64,000 nucleotides of DNA from Anaeramoeba ignava BMAN (lineage: Eukaryota; Protista; Anaeramoebae), in NCBI GenBank assembly GCA_028826165.1, contig JAPDFW010000070.1, forward strand, positions 1,178,001 through 1,242,000. The letters run 5' to 3'. The notes under the pieces are model-generated. The model was not told the origin of the DNA, made no database searches, and saw only the letters and a list, made by a program, of their open reading frames with translations. Position 1 is the stretch's first letter. Every line of letters starts with the position of its first letter. The position numbers and the translations under genes were made by a program. This document shows positions 26,048 through 37,218 of this stretch, piece by piece.

Positions 26048-26626
26048 TTATAAAATAAAACATTTATTTTTGGATTGATTTTTTGATTTTGGTTGAACAA
26101 TAGCTTTAACTGCTTCATCAAATAAATTTCCCACATTTTGTTGAGTTTTAGCAGAACATTCAATATATTCAATAGCATTAATTTCATTTGCTAAATCATA
26201 TCCAAGTTGATAACTAATTGGATATAATCCTTTTTCTTCTAAACTATTAATAGTATCTTGATCATCTCTTAAATCTAATTTTGTTCCAACAAGAATAAAT
26301 GGAGCATTTGGACAATATTGATTAATTTCAGGAATCCATTTAAGTTTTAAATTATCAAGAGAAGTATTCGAAACGATAGAGAAACAAAGTAGGAAAATAT
26401 CAGTTTGAGGATATGATAATGGACGAAGTCTATCATATTCTTCTTGAGCTGCTGTATCCCATAATCCTAAATTAATTGGTTTTCCATTAATCATTAATTG
26501 TTTTGAGTTTTGATCAAAAAATGCAGGATAATTCGAATCTGGAAATCTATTTTCTGAATATGAAATCAATAAAGAAGTTTTTCCAACTCCATGATCTCCA
26601 ACAACAACTAATTTAATTGTTTGCAT
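26048..26626 (-). CDS. Atypical Rho/Rac GTPase, copy 1 (intronless)
   Basis: [33 protein letters not shown], Rho insert, ECSAK and CaaX CFIL. Confidence 0.95.
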   Translation of the reverse strand: MQTIKLVVVGDHGVGKTSLLISYSENRFPDSNYPAFFDQNSKQLMINGKPINLGLWDTAAQEEYDRLRPLSYPQTDIFLLCFSIVSNTSLDNLKLKWIPEINQYCPNAPFILVGTKLDLRDDQDTINSLEEKGLYPISYQLGYDLANEINAIEYIECSAKTQQNVGNLFDEAVKAIVQPKSKNQSKNKCFIL

Positions 26627-26746
26627 TTTTTTATTTAAAAAAGAAAATAAAAAGAAAAAAAGAAGAAAAAAATGAAAAAATTTTTTTGTTAATTCATTCG
26701 AAAAAAATTTAATTTTTATTCCACTTTTTATTTCATTTTTAATTTT

Positions 26747-27337
26747 TTATAAAATAAAACATTTATTTTTGGATTGATTTTTGGATTGATTTCCTCTTTT
26801 TGAATCAACAGCAATTTGAATTGCTTTATCAAATAAATTTTTCACATTTTGTTGAGTTTTAGCAGAACATTCAATATATTCATTAGCATTAATTTCGTTT
26901 GCTAAATCAAATCCTTCTTGATAACTAATTGGAGATAATCCTTTTTCTTCCAAATTATTGATAGTATCTTGATCATCTCTTAAATCTAATTTTGTTCCAA
27001 CAAGAATAAATGGAACATTTGGAGTATGATGATTAATTTCAGGAAGATATTTAGCTTTAATATTCTCAAAAGAAGAAATAGAAATCAAAGAGAAACAAAG
27101 TAGGAAAACACTAGTTTCAGAATAAGATAAAGGACGAAGTCTATCATATTCTTCATTACCAGATGTATCCCATAATCCTAAAACATAATAATTTTCTTTA
27201 TATTTAATACTTGCTGCATATCCATCAAAAACTTTTGGAATATAATCTGCTTGAAAACTATTTGTTGTATATGAAATGTATAAACAAGTTTTTCCAATTC
27301 CATCATCTCCAACACAAACTAATTTAATTGAATCCAT
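26747..27337 (-). CDS. Atypical Rho/Rac GTPase, copy 2 (intronless)
   Basis: [26 protein letters not shown] and CFIL; 4-aa duplication in the tail. Confidence 0.95.
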   Translation of the reverse strand: MDSIKLVCVGDDGIGKTCLYISYTTNSFQADYIPKVFDGYAASIKYKENYYVLGLWDTSGNEEYDRLRPLSYSETSVFLLCFSLISISSFENIKAKYLPEINHHTPNVPFILVGTKLDLRDDQDTINNLEEKGLSPISYQEGFDLANEINANEYIECSAKTQQNVKNLFDKAIQIAVDSKRGNQSKNQSKNKCFIL

Positions 27338-27456
27338 TTTTTATTAATAAAATAAAATAAAAAGAAAGAAATGAAAAAAATGAAAAAAGTTTTTTTGTTA
27401 ATTCATTCGAAAAAAATTTAATTTTTATTCCACTTTTTATTTCATTTTTTAATTTT

Positions 27457-28035
27457 TTATAAAATAAAACATTTATTTTTGGATTGATTTTTCCTTTTTG
27501 ATTCAGCACCAATTTGAATTGCTTTATCAAATAAATCTTTGACATTTTGTTGAGTTTTAGCAGAACATTCAATATATTCATTAGCATTAATTTCGTTTGC
27601 TAAATCACATCCTTCTTGATAACTAATTGGAGATAATCCTTTTTCTTCTAAATTATTAATAGTATCTTTATCATCTCTTAAATCTAATTTTGTTCCAACA
27701 AGAATAAATGGAACATTTGGACAATGGTGATTAATTTCAGGAAGATATTTAGCTTTAATATTCTCAAAAGAAGAAATAGAAATCAAAGAGAAACAAAGTA
27801 GGAAAATATCAGTTTGAGGATATGATAATGGACGGAGTCTATCATATTCTTCTTTACCAATTGTATCCCATAATCCTAAATTATAATATTTCTCTTTATA
27901 TTTAACATTTGCTGAATATCCATCAAAAACTGTTGGAATATAATCTGTTGGAAAACTATTTGTTGTGTATGAAGCGTATAAACAAGTTTTTCCAACTCCA
28001 TCATCTCCAACACAAACTAATTTAATTGAATGCAT
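27457..28035 (-). CDS. Atypical Rho/Rac GTPase, copy 3 (intronless)
   Basis: [26 protein letters not shown] and CFIL. Confidence 0.95.
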   Translation of the reverse strand: MHSIKLVCVGDDGVGKTCLYASYTTNSFPTDYIPTVFDGYSANVKYKEKYYNLGLWDTIGKEEYDRLRPLSYPQTDIFLLCFSLISISSFENIKAKYLPEINHHCPNVPFILVGTKLDLRDDKDTINNLEEKGLSPISYQEGCDLANEINANEYIECSAKTQQNVKDLFDKAIQIGAESKRKNQSKNKCFIL

Positions 28036-28137
28036 TTTTTATTGATAAAAATAAAATGAAAAAAGAAAGAAAAAAATGAAAAAGTTTTTTTTGTTAATTC
28101 AAATTTATTTCAATTCGAATTTTTGAATTTCTTTTTT

Positions 28138-28851
28138 TTAGATTTTCTTTTTTGGAAAAAATTTGTCGAATAAATTCTGATAAATCTTAAACTCGAGATC
28201 ATTATAAACACAAAACAAAATCTTTTTAGTATTTTTTCGATTATCTGGATCATCCAAAAATTTTCTTGTATAACCCAAAGCAATCTCGCAAGCATCAACC
28301 ATAGGATAACCATAATAACCAGTAGAAATACAAGGAAAAGCAATAGAAGAGATATCCTTTCCATCCAAATACATCAAAGAATGTTTGTAACAAAATTCCA
28401 ATAGTTTCGGTTGAGGATTTCCCGAATCATCTAAATAGGGACCAACAGTGTGAATAATTGCTTTAAAAGGAAGATTATGAGCACCTGTTATAACTGAATA
28501 TCCTGTTCGACATCTTGCTCCAAATGAATCTTCTGGAAACTTTTTTATACACTCTTCCCGAAGTCCTGGGCCTGCTTTAGCATGTATAATTTGATCTATT
28601 CCTCCTCCTCCAAGTAATGTTTCATTTGCTGCATTTACAATTGAATCAATTTTTTCACTATTTCTTCGGTTGTTGATTTCCACTATGCTTCCTTTATATA
28701 TCTCCACTAACTTATTAATTTCTTCGTCTACTTCTGTATATACTTTTTTTTCCTTTAGAATTCTTTCATAATCTTTTTCGTTTCTGTTTTTTAATTCATC
28801 TGAATGATCTTTTCTGTTTTGATTTGATTCTTGATTTGCTTGTTTATCCAT
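28138..28851 (-). CDS. MacroD/YmdB-type macrodomain ADP-ribosylhydrolase (intronless)
   Basis: IVNAANETLLGGGGIDQIIH, IIHTVGP and SIAFPCISTGYYGYP motifs. Confidence 0.93.
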   Translation of the reverse strand: MDKQANQESNQNRKDHSDELKNRNEKDYERILKEKKVYTEVDEEINKLVEIYKGSIVEINNRRNSEKIDSIVNAANETLLGGGGIDQIIHAKAGPGLREECIKKFPEDSFGARCRTGYSVITGAHNLPFKAIIHTVGPYLDDSGNPQPKLLEFCYKHSLMYLDGKDISSIAFPCISTGYYGYPMVDACEIALGYTRKFLDDPDNRKNTKKILFCVYNDLEFKIYQNLFDKFFPKKKI

Positions 28852-28929
28852 TTAAATCAATTTTAAAAAATAAAAATGAAAAAAATGAAAATAAATTTAT
28901 TCCAACTTTTTATTTCAATTTTTAATTTT

Positions 28930-29508
28930 TTATAAAATAAAACATTTATTTTTGGATTGATTTTTCCTTTTTGATTCAGCACCAATTTGAATTGCTTTAT
29001 CAATTAAATCTTTCACATTTTGTTGAGTTTTAGCAGAACATTCAATATATTCATTAGCATTAATTTCATTTGCTAAATCAAATCCTTCTTGATAACTAAT
29101 TGGAGATAATCCTTTTTCTTCTAAATTATTGATAGTATCTTGATCATCTCTTAAATCTAATTTTGTTCCAACAAGAATAAATGGAACATTTGGACAATAA
29201 TGATTAATTTCAGGAATCCATTTAGCTTTAATATTTTCAAAAGAACAAGTAGAAATCAAAGAGAAACAAACTAATAAAACATCTGTTTCAGGATATGATA
29301 AAGGACGAAGTCTATCATAATCCTCTTTACCAGCTGTATCCCATAATCCTAAACTGTAATATTTCTCTTTATATTTAACACTTGATGCATATCCATCAAA
29401 AACTGTTGGAACATAATCTGTTGGAAATCTATTTGTTGCATATACAAAGTATAAACAAGTTTTTCCAATTCCATCATCTCCAACACAAACTAATTTAATT
29501 ATATTCAT
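28930..29508 (-). CDS. Atypical Rho/Rac GTPase, copy 4 (intronless)
   Basis: True start is ATG 29508 (MNIIKLV), giving 192 aa like its neighbours. [26 protein letters not shown] and CFIL. Confidence 0.95.
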   Translation of the reverse strand: MNIIKLVCVGDDGIGKTCLYFVYATNRFPTDYVPTVFDGYASSVKYKEKYYSLGLWDTAGKEDYDRLRPLSYPETDVLLVCFSLISTCSFENIKAKWIPEINHYCPNVPFILVGTKLDLRDDQDTINNLEEKGLSPISYQEGFDLANEINANEYIECSAKTQQNVKDLIDKAIQIGAESKRKNQSKNKCFIL

Positions 29509-29629
29509 TTTATATTGATAAATTTTAAAAAATGAAAAGAAAAAAGAAAGAAAAAAATGAAAAAGTTTTTTTGTTAATTCATTCGAAAAAAATAAATTTA
29601 TTCCACTTTTTATTTCATTTTTTAATTTT

Positions 29630-30208
29630 TTATAAAATAAAACATTTATTTTTAGATTGATTTTTCCTTTTTGACTCAGCACCAATTTGAATTGCTTTAT
29701 CAAATAAATCTTTGATATTTTGTTGAGTTTTAGCAGAACATTCAATATATTCATTAGCATTAATTTCATTTGCTAAATCAAATCCTTCTTGATAACTAAT
29801 TGGAGATAATCCTTTTTCTTCTAAATTATTAATAGTATCTTTATCATCTCTTAAATCTAATTTTGTTCCAACAAGAATAAATGGAACATTTGGACAATAA
29901 TGATTAATTTCAGGAAGATATTTAGCTTTAATATTTTCAAAAGAAGAAATAGAAACCAAAGAGAAACAAACTAATAAAACATCTGTATTTGGATAATTTA
30001 AAGGACGAAGTCTATCATATTCCTCTTTACCAGCTGTATCCCATAATCCTAAATTGTAATATTTCTCTTTATATTTAACATTTGCTGCATATCCATCAAA
30101 AACTGTTGGAATATAATCTGTTGGAAATCTATTTGTTGCATATACAAAGAATAAACAAGTTTTTCCAATTCCATCATCTCCAACACAAACTAATTTAATT
30201 GATTGCAT
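29630..30208 (-). CDS. Atypical Rho/Rac GTPase, copy 5 (intronless)
   Basis: [26 protein letters not shown] and CFIL. Confidence 0.95.
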   Translation of the reverse strand: MQSIKLVCVGDDGIGKTCLFFVYATNRFPTDYIPTVFDGYAANVKYKEKYYNLGLWDTAGKEEYDRLRPLNYPNTDVLLVCFSLVSISSFENIKAKYLPEINHYCPNVPFILVGTKLDLRDDKDTINNLEEKGLSPISYQEGFDLANEINANEYIECSAKTQQNIKDLFDKAIQIGAESKRKNQSKNKCFIL

Positions 30209-30299
30209 TTTATATTAATAAAATAAAATAAAAAGAAAGAAAAAAATGAAAAAAATGAAAATAAATTTATTCCAACTTTTTATTTCAATTTTTAATTTT

Positions 30300-30878
30300 T
30301 TATAAAATAAAACATTTATTTTTAGATTGATTTTTCCTTTTTGATTCAAGTGCAGTTTGAATTGCTTTATCAAATAAATCTTTGATATTTTGTTGATTTT
30401 TAGCAGAACATTCAATATATTCAATAGCATTAATTTCATTTGCTAAATCAAATCCTTCTTGATAACTAATTGGAGATAATCCTTTTTCTTCTAAATTATT
30501 GATAGTATCTTTATCATCTCTTAAATCTAATTTTGTTCCAACAAGAATAAATGGAACATTTGGACAATAATGATTAATTTCAGGAATCCATTTAGCTTTA
30601 ATATTCTCAAAAGAAGAAATAGAAATCAAAGAGAAACAAACTAATAAAACATCTGTTTCAGGATAAGATAAAGGACGAAGTCTATCATAATCCTCTTTAC
30701 CAGCTGTATCCCATAATCCTAAACTGTAATATTTCTCTTTATATTTAATATTTAATGCAGATCCATCAAACATTTGTTGAATATAATCTGTTGGAAAACT
30801 ATTTGTTGCATATGAAATGTATAAACAAGTTTTTCCAATTCCATCATCTCCAACACAAACTAATTTAATTGAATTCAT
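30300..30878 (-). CDS. Atypical Rho/Rac GTPase, copy 6 (intronless)
   Basis: Start ATG 30878 (MNSIKLV). [26 protein letters not shown] and CFIL. Confidence 0.95.
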   Translation of the reverse strand: MNSIKLVCVGDDGIGKTCLYISYATNSFPTDYIQQMFDGSALNIKYKEKYYSLGLWDTAGKEDYDRLRPLSYPETDVLLVCFSLISISSFENIKAKWIPEINHYCPNVPFILVGTKLDLRDDKDTINNLEEKGLSPISYQEGFDLANEINAIEYIECSAKNQQNIKDLFDKAIQTALESKRKNQSKNKCFIL

Positions 30879-31083
30879 TTTATATCGATAAATTTTAAAA
30901 AATAAAAATGAAAATGATATTTTTTTTTTCATTTTTTCTTCTTTTCTTCTTTTTTCTAAGAAATGTATTTATTATCCAAAAAATTTTTTCACATTTCCTT
31001 TTTTAATTTCTTCTCTCTTTCTTGATTAATTAATTTAAACTTAAAAAAAAATATTTAGAAAATTTCTTTCTTATTCCATTAAA

Positions 31084-34000
31084 ATGGAGCAAATCCAAAA
31101 ACAAATTGAAGAAATTCAAAAAAAAATGGATGAAAAAAATAAGCAATTTGAAGAAATTCAAATAAAAATGAGTAAACAAATAGAAGAACTTCAAAACAGA
31201 ATGAACGAAAAAGACAAGCAAATTCAAGAGCTTCAACAGTTATTGAATAATCAAAACATTAATAACCAAAAAGTAAAGACAGAACAAGAAAAAAAAGCAG
31301 AAAACTTCCTGGAATCTTTTTTAAATCAAAAAGAAAATGAAAATCAAAGTAAATTCCTTAAATTTTCTCAAAATATTAATTTATAAAAATATTTATCAAT
31401 AAAAATTTAAACTAGCTTCAATTAAAGAAATTATGAATTTTATGGATCAATTCCCAAAAAATGAAAAAATTCAAGAAAATGCTTGCTTTGTTTTACAAAA
31501 ACTTTCTATAGAAAATAAAGGTAAATAAATTATTTCCTTTTAAAAATGAAAAACATTTCTCAACATTTTTCTTTTTTTGATTTTTTCAATTATCAAAAAT
31601 AAAAAGGAATTGAAATTGCAAAAATTCAAGGAATTCACACAATTCTCAAATCAATCAATAATTTTCCAAACAATCAAAAAATTCAAGAAAGAGCAATTTC
31701 AGTTTTATTTACGATAGCTCTTGATGAAAGTAATATTTTGTTCTTTTACAATTTATTTGATTTTGAGGTTATTTTTTTAAAAGAAAAAAATGATAAATAA
31801 TTCATAGAAAATCAAATAGAAATTAAAGAAATGAACGGAATTGACCCAATTATCAAGGCAATGATTAATTTCCCAAATAATCAAGATATTCAGAATCAAG
31901 CACTTCAAGCTTTGGATAAACTTTCTTTGAATAAAGGTATAATTAAATTATCTTAGAAATTCCAAAAAAAAAATCATTTTATTTTTTTTTTTGGATTGAA
32001 TCTTTTTTATTGAAAACAAAAATTTAGGAAACCAAACTGAAATCAGAAAATTGAAAGGAATAAAGCCAATTATTAAATCAATGGTTAATTTCCCAAAAAA
32101 TCAAGATATTCAATTGAATGGATCCAGTATTTTTTCGAATATTTCTCTTGATGAAAGTAATCAAAAATATTCTTTAAGATTAAAAGAAGAAATATCCAAA
32201 TTTTTATTTTATTTTGAAACAAAAATATAGAAAACAAAATCAAAATTAGAGAATTAAATGGAATTGAACCAATTATCAAAGCAATGATTAATTTCTCAAA
32301 TAATAAAGGCATTCAACACAAAGGATGTAAAGCTTTAAAATTATTAGCTGTTAATGAAGGTAGTCCAATTTTAATCAATAATAATAATAATAATATCCAA
32401 TGAAGATATTTAGTGCTTTTCTCTTTTTTTATTTCTCATTTCATTTTCTTTTTTAAAATAGAAAATAAAATAAAGATTAGTCAGTTAAATGGAATAGAAA
32501 CAACTATTAAAGCATTGAACACTTTTCCAAACGATCAAGATATCCAACAAGAGGGATGTGGAGTTTTGATAAATTTATCTACTAATAATGGTAAATCTCT
32601 GATAAATAAAATGCTTCAAGTTTAATTTATTTTGTAAATAAATAAATAAATAGAAAATAAAATCAAAATTAGAGAATTGAATGGAATTGAACCAATTATC
32701 AAAGCAATGATTAATTTCTCAAATAATGAAAATATTCAAATTTGGGGATGTAAAGCTTTAAATAATCTTTCTCTTAATAATGGTAATCAAAATAAAACAA
32801 TTAAAATTTATAATTTATAAATTCCCTTTTTTGATTTATTTTGTAAATAAATAAATAGAAAACAAAATCAAAATTAGAGAATTAAATGGAATTGAACCTA
32901 TTATCAAAGCAATGGTTCATTTCCCAAATAATGAAGATATTCAAAAAGAAGGATGTGGAACTTTTATAATTTTATCACGCGATAATGGTAAATAAATTTT
33001 TTTTCAAGTATTTAAATTACTATTTTTCATTTCCTCATTTTCTTTTGAAAATAGAAAATCAAATCAAAATTAGAGAATTAAATGGAATTGAACCAATTAT
33101 CAAAGCAATGTTTCATTTCTCAAATAATGAAGATATTCAAAAAGGAGGATGTGGAGCTTTGGTAAATTTATCTATTAATAGTGGTATATATTTGATAAAT
33201 AAAATGCTTCAAGTTTAATTTATTTTGTAAATAAATAAATAGAAAATAAAATCAAAATTAGAGAATTAAATGGAATTGAACCAATTATCAAAGCAATGAT
33301 TCATTTCCCAAATAATGAAGATATTCAAATTCGGGGATGTAAAGCTTTAAGTAATATTTCTCTTAATAATGGTAATCAAAATAAAATAATTAAAATTTAC
33401 AATTTATAAATTCCCTTTTTTGATTTATTTTGTAAATAAATAAATAGAAAATCAAATCAAAATTAGAGAATTAAATGGAATTGAACCAATTATCAAAGCA
33501 ATGTTTAATTTCCCAAATAATCAAAATATTCAACATCAAGGATGTCGAACTTTTATAAATTTATCAGCCAATGATGGTAAATAAATTTTTTTTCAAGTAT
33601 TTAAATTACTATTTCTCATTCATTTTATAAATAAATAGAAAATCGAATCAAAATTAGAGAATTAAATGGAATTGAACCTATTATCAAAGCAATGATTAAT
33701 TTCTCAAATAACCAAGATATCCAAAGAGAAGGATGTGGAACTTTGATAAATTTATCTATTGGCACTGGTATATATTTGATAAATAAAATGTTTCAAGTTT
33801 AATTTATTTTGTAAATAAATAAATAGAAAATAAAATCAAAATTAGAGAATTAAATGGAATTGAACCAATTATCAAAGCAATGTTTAATTTCCCAAATAAT
33901 CAAGATATCCAAGATTGGGGATGTAGAGCTTTAAGTCATCTTGCAGTTAATAATGGTAATCAAAATAATAATAATAACCTATTTTTGATTTGAAATTCCC

Positions 34001-37000
34001 TTTTTTGATTTATTTTATATATAAATAAATAAATCAATCAATAGAAAATCAAGCCAAAATTGGAGAATTGGATGGAATTAAACCTATTATTAAATCAATG
34101 ATTAATTTCCTAAATAATCCAAATATCCAAAAAGAAGCATGTGAAGTTTTGGTAAATTTATCAGCCAATAATGGTAAATAAATATTTTTCCAAGTATTTA
34201 AATATCTATTTCTCATTCATTTTGTAAATAAATAAATAGAAAACAAAATCAGAATTAGAGAATTAAATGGAATTGAACCAATTATCAAAGCAATGTTTAA
34301 TTTCCCAAATAATCAAGATATTCAAAAATATGGATGTTGGACTTTATCCAACATTTCTAATAATAATGATGGTAAATTTTTTATTAACTAAATCAAAAAA
34401 AAAATTACAATAAAGCATAAAACATTCATTTTGTAAATAAATAAATAGAAAACAAAACCAGAATTAGAGAATTAAATGGAATTGAACCAATTATCAAAGC
34501 AATGATTAATTTCCCAAATAATGAAGATATTCAATATCAAGGATGTGGAGCTTTAATAAATTTATCAATCAACAATCGTAAAAAAATAAGACAATGAAAA
34601 ATTTATAATTTATAAATTTGCTTTTTCATTTATTTTGTGAATAAAAAAATAGAAAATAAAATCAAAATTAGAGAATTAAATGGAATTGAAACAATTATCA
34701 AAGCAATGATTAATTTCCCAAATAATCTAGATATTCAAAAATATTCATGTCAAGCTTTAAATAATCTTTCTCTTAATAATGGTAATCAAAATAAAACATT
34801 TACGATTTACAATTTATAAATTCCCTTTTTTGATTTATTTTGTGAATAAAAAAATAGAAAATAAAATCAGAATTAGAGAATTAAATGGAATTGAAATAAT
34901 TATCAAAGCAATGTTTCATTTCCCAAATAATCAAAATATTCAAGAATATTCATGTCAAGCTTTAAATAATCTTTCTCTTAATAATGGTAATCAAAATAAA
35001 ATATTTAAAATTTACAATTTATAAATTTGCTTTTTAATTTATTTTGTAAATAAAAAAATAGAAAATAAAATCAAAATTAGAGAATTAAATGGAATTGAAA
35101 TAATTATCAAAGCAATGATTCATTTCCCAAATAATGAAAATGTTCAAATTGAGGGATGCAAGACTTTTCTCAATTTATCAAGTGATAAAGGTAAATAAAT
35201 TTTTTCTCATTTCATTTTCTTTTGAAAATAGAAAATCAAATAAGAATTAGAGAATTAAATGGAATTGAAACAATTATCAAAGCAATGTTTCATTTCCCAA
35301 ATAATGAAGATATTCAAAAAGGAGGATGTGGAGCTTTGGTAAATTTATCTATTAATAGTGGTATGTATTTGATAAATAAAATGTTTCAAGTTTGATTTAC
35401 TTTGTAAATAAATAAATAGAAAACAAAATCAAAATTAGAGAACTAAATGGAATTGAAACAATTATCAAAGCAATGTTTAATTTCCCAAATAATGAAGATA
35501 TTCAAATTCGGGGATGTAAAGCTTTAAGTAATCTTGCAGTTAATAATGGTAATCAAAATAAAATAATTAAAATTTACAATTTATAAATTCCCTTTTTTGA
35601 TTTACTTTGTAAATAAATAAATAGAAAATCAAATCAAAATTAGAGAATTAAATGGAATTGAACCAATTATCAAAGTAATGATTCATTTCCCAAATAATCA
35701 AAATATTCAACAAGAGGGATGTGGGGCTTTTATCAATTTATCAGCCAATAATGGTAAATAAATTTTTTTTCCAAGTATTTAAATTACTATTTCTCATTCA
35801 TTTTATAAATAAATAAATAGAAAATAAAATCAGAATTAGAGAATTAAATGGAATTGAACCTATTATCAAAGCAATGATTAATTTCTCAAACAATGAAGAT
35901 ATCCAATATCAAGGATGTGGAACTTTGATAAATTTATCTATTGACACTGGTATATATTTGATAAATGAAATGTTTCAAGTTTAATTTATTTTGTAAATAA
36001 ATAAATAGAAAACAAAATCAAAATTAGAGAATTAAATGGAATTGAACCAATTATTAAAGCAATGTTTAATTTCCCAAATAATCCAAATATTCAAGATTGG
36101 GGATGTAGAGCTTTAAGTCATCTTGCAGTTAATAATGGTAATCAAAATAAAATAATTCCATTTTTGATTTGAAATTCATTTTTTTCATTTATTTTATTAA
36201 TAAATCAATAGAAAACGAAATCAAAATTGGGGAATTGAATGGAATTAAACCTATTATTAAATCAATGATTAATTTCCTAGATAACCCAAAGATTCAAAAA
36301 GAAGCATGTGAAGTTTTGGTAAATTTATCAGGCAATAATGGTAAATAAATATTTTTTCAAATATTTAAATTTCTATTTTTCATTCATTTTATAAATAAAT
36401 AAATAAATAGAAAACAAAATCAGAATTAGAGAATTAAATGGAATTGAACCAATTATCAAAGCAATGTTTAATTTCCCAAATAATCAAGATATTCAAAAAT
36501 ATGGATGTTGGGCTTTATCCAACATTTCTAATAATAATAATGGTAAATTTTTTAATAATTAAATCAAAAAAAAAATTATCAATAAAGCATAAAACATTCA
36601 TTTTGTAAATCAATAAATAAATAGAAAATCAAAATCAAAATTAGAGAATTAAATGGAATTGAACCAATTATCAAAGCAATGATTAATTTCCCAAATAATG
36701 AAGATATTCAATATCAAGGATGTGGAGCTTTATTATACATTTCTACTAATAATGGTAATCAAAATCAAATAATTAAAATTTATAAATTTATAAATTTACT
36801 TTTTAATTCATTTTGTAAATAAATAAATAGAAAACAAAATCAAAATTAGAGAATTAAATGGAATTGAAATCATTATTAAAGCAATGATTAATTTCCCAAA
36901 TCATGAAGAATATTCAAAATTCGGGGATGTGGAAATCTAATGAATCTTTCTTCAAATAAAGGTAAAACAAAATTAAATTAATTTTAATTAAATTAAATTA

Positions 37001-37163
37001 AATTGAATTAAATTAAATTAATTTTAATTATAAATTTAAATTTAGAAAATAAAAAAATTATTAAAAGATTAAGAGGAATTGAACTTATTAGACAAGCTAT
37101 GAAAAATTTCCCAAAAATCAAAATCTCCAAAAATATGGAACACAAGCATTAAAAAATATTTAA
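31084..37163 (+). CDS. Coiled-coil + ~28 armadillo-repeat protein; ~30 exons, one repeat per exon
   Basis: Exon 1 (31084-31348) encodes a coiled coil. Phase-1 exons of mostly 129 nt follow (e.g. 31808-31936, 32231-32359, 33055-33183, 35821-35949), each encoding ENKIKIRELNGIEPIIKAMxNFPNNxDIQxxGCxxLxNLSxxx. The last three exons have A-run indels. Confidence 0.88.
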
Positions 37164-37218
37164 AAAACACAATTTCATTTTTTCATTTTTTCATTTTTTC
37201 ACTTTTTTTCTTACTTAA

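Noticed and set aside
28930-29769. 279-aa N-terminally extended Rho (and the 210-aa version at 30300-30932)
   Set aside because: The extensions are read-through of spacer or neighbouring-gene sequence; paralogue alignment puts the starts at 29508 and 30878.
26048-30878. Integron-like control of the Rho cassettes by the tyrosine recombinase at 12.8-14 kb
   Set aside because: The spacers show no attC-like palindromes or similarity to the 14.8-kb structure, and unrelated housekeeping genes intervene.
31416-37163. ARM array as a CRISPR-like or diversity-generating-retroelement cassette array
   Set aside because: Conserved parts are coding exons bounded by AG/GT, the spacers are introns, and no reverse transcriptase or template repeat is present in the window.
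36625-37163. Pseudogenisation or programmed frameshifting at the ARM gene 3' end
   Set aside because: All indels are single-A changes in A runs, typical of long-read consensus error; it cannot be called biological without reads.
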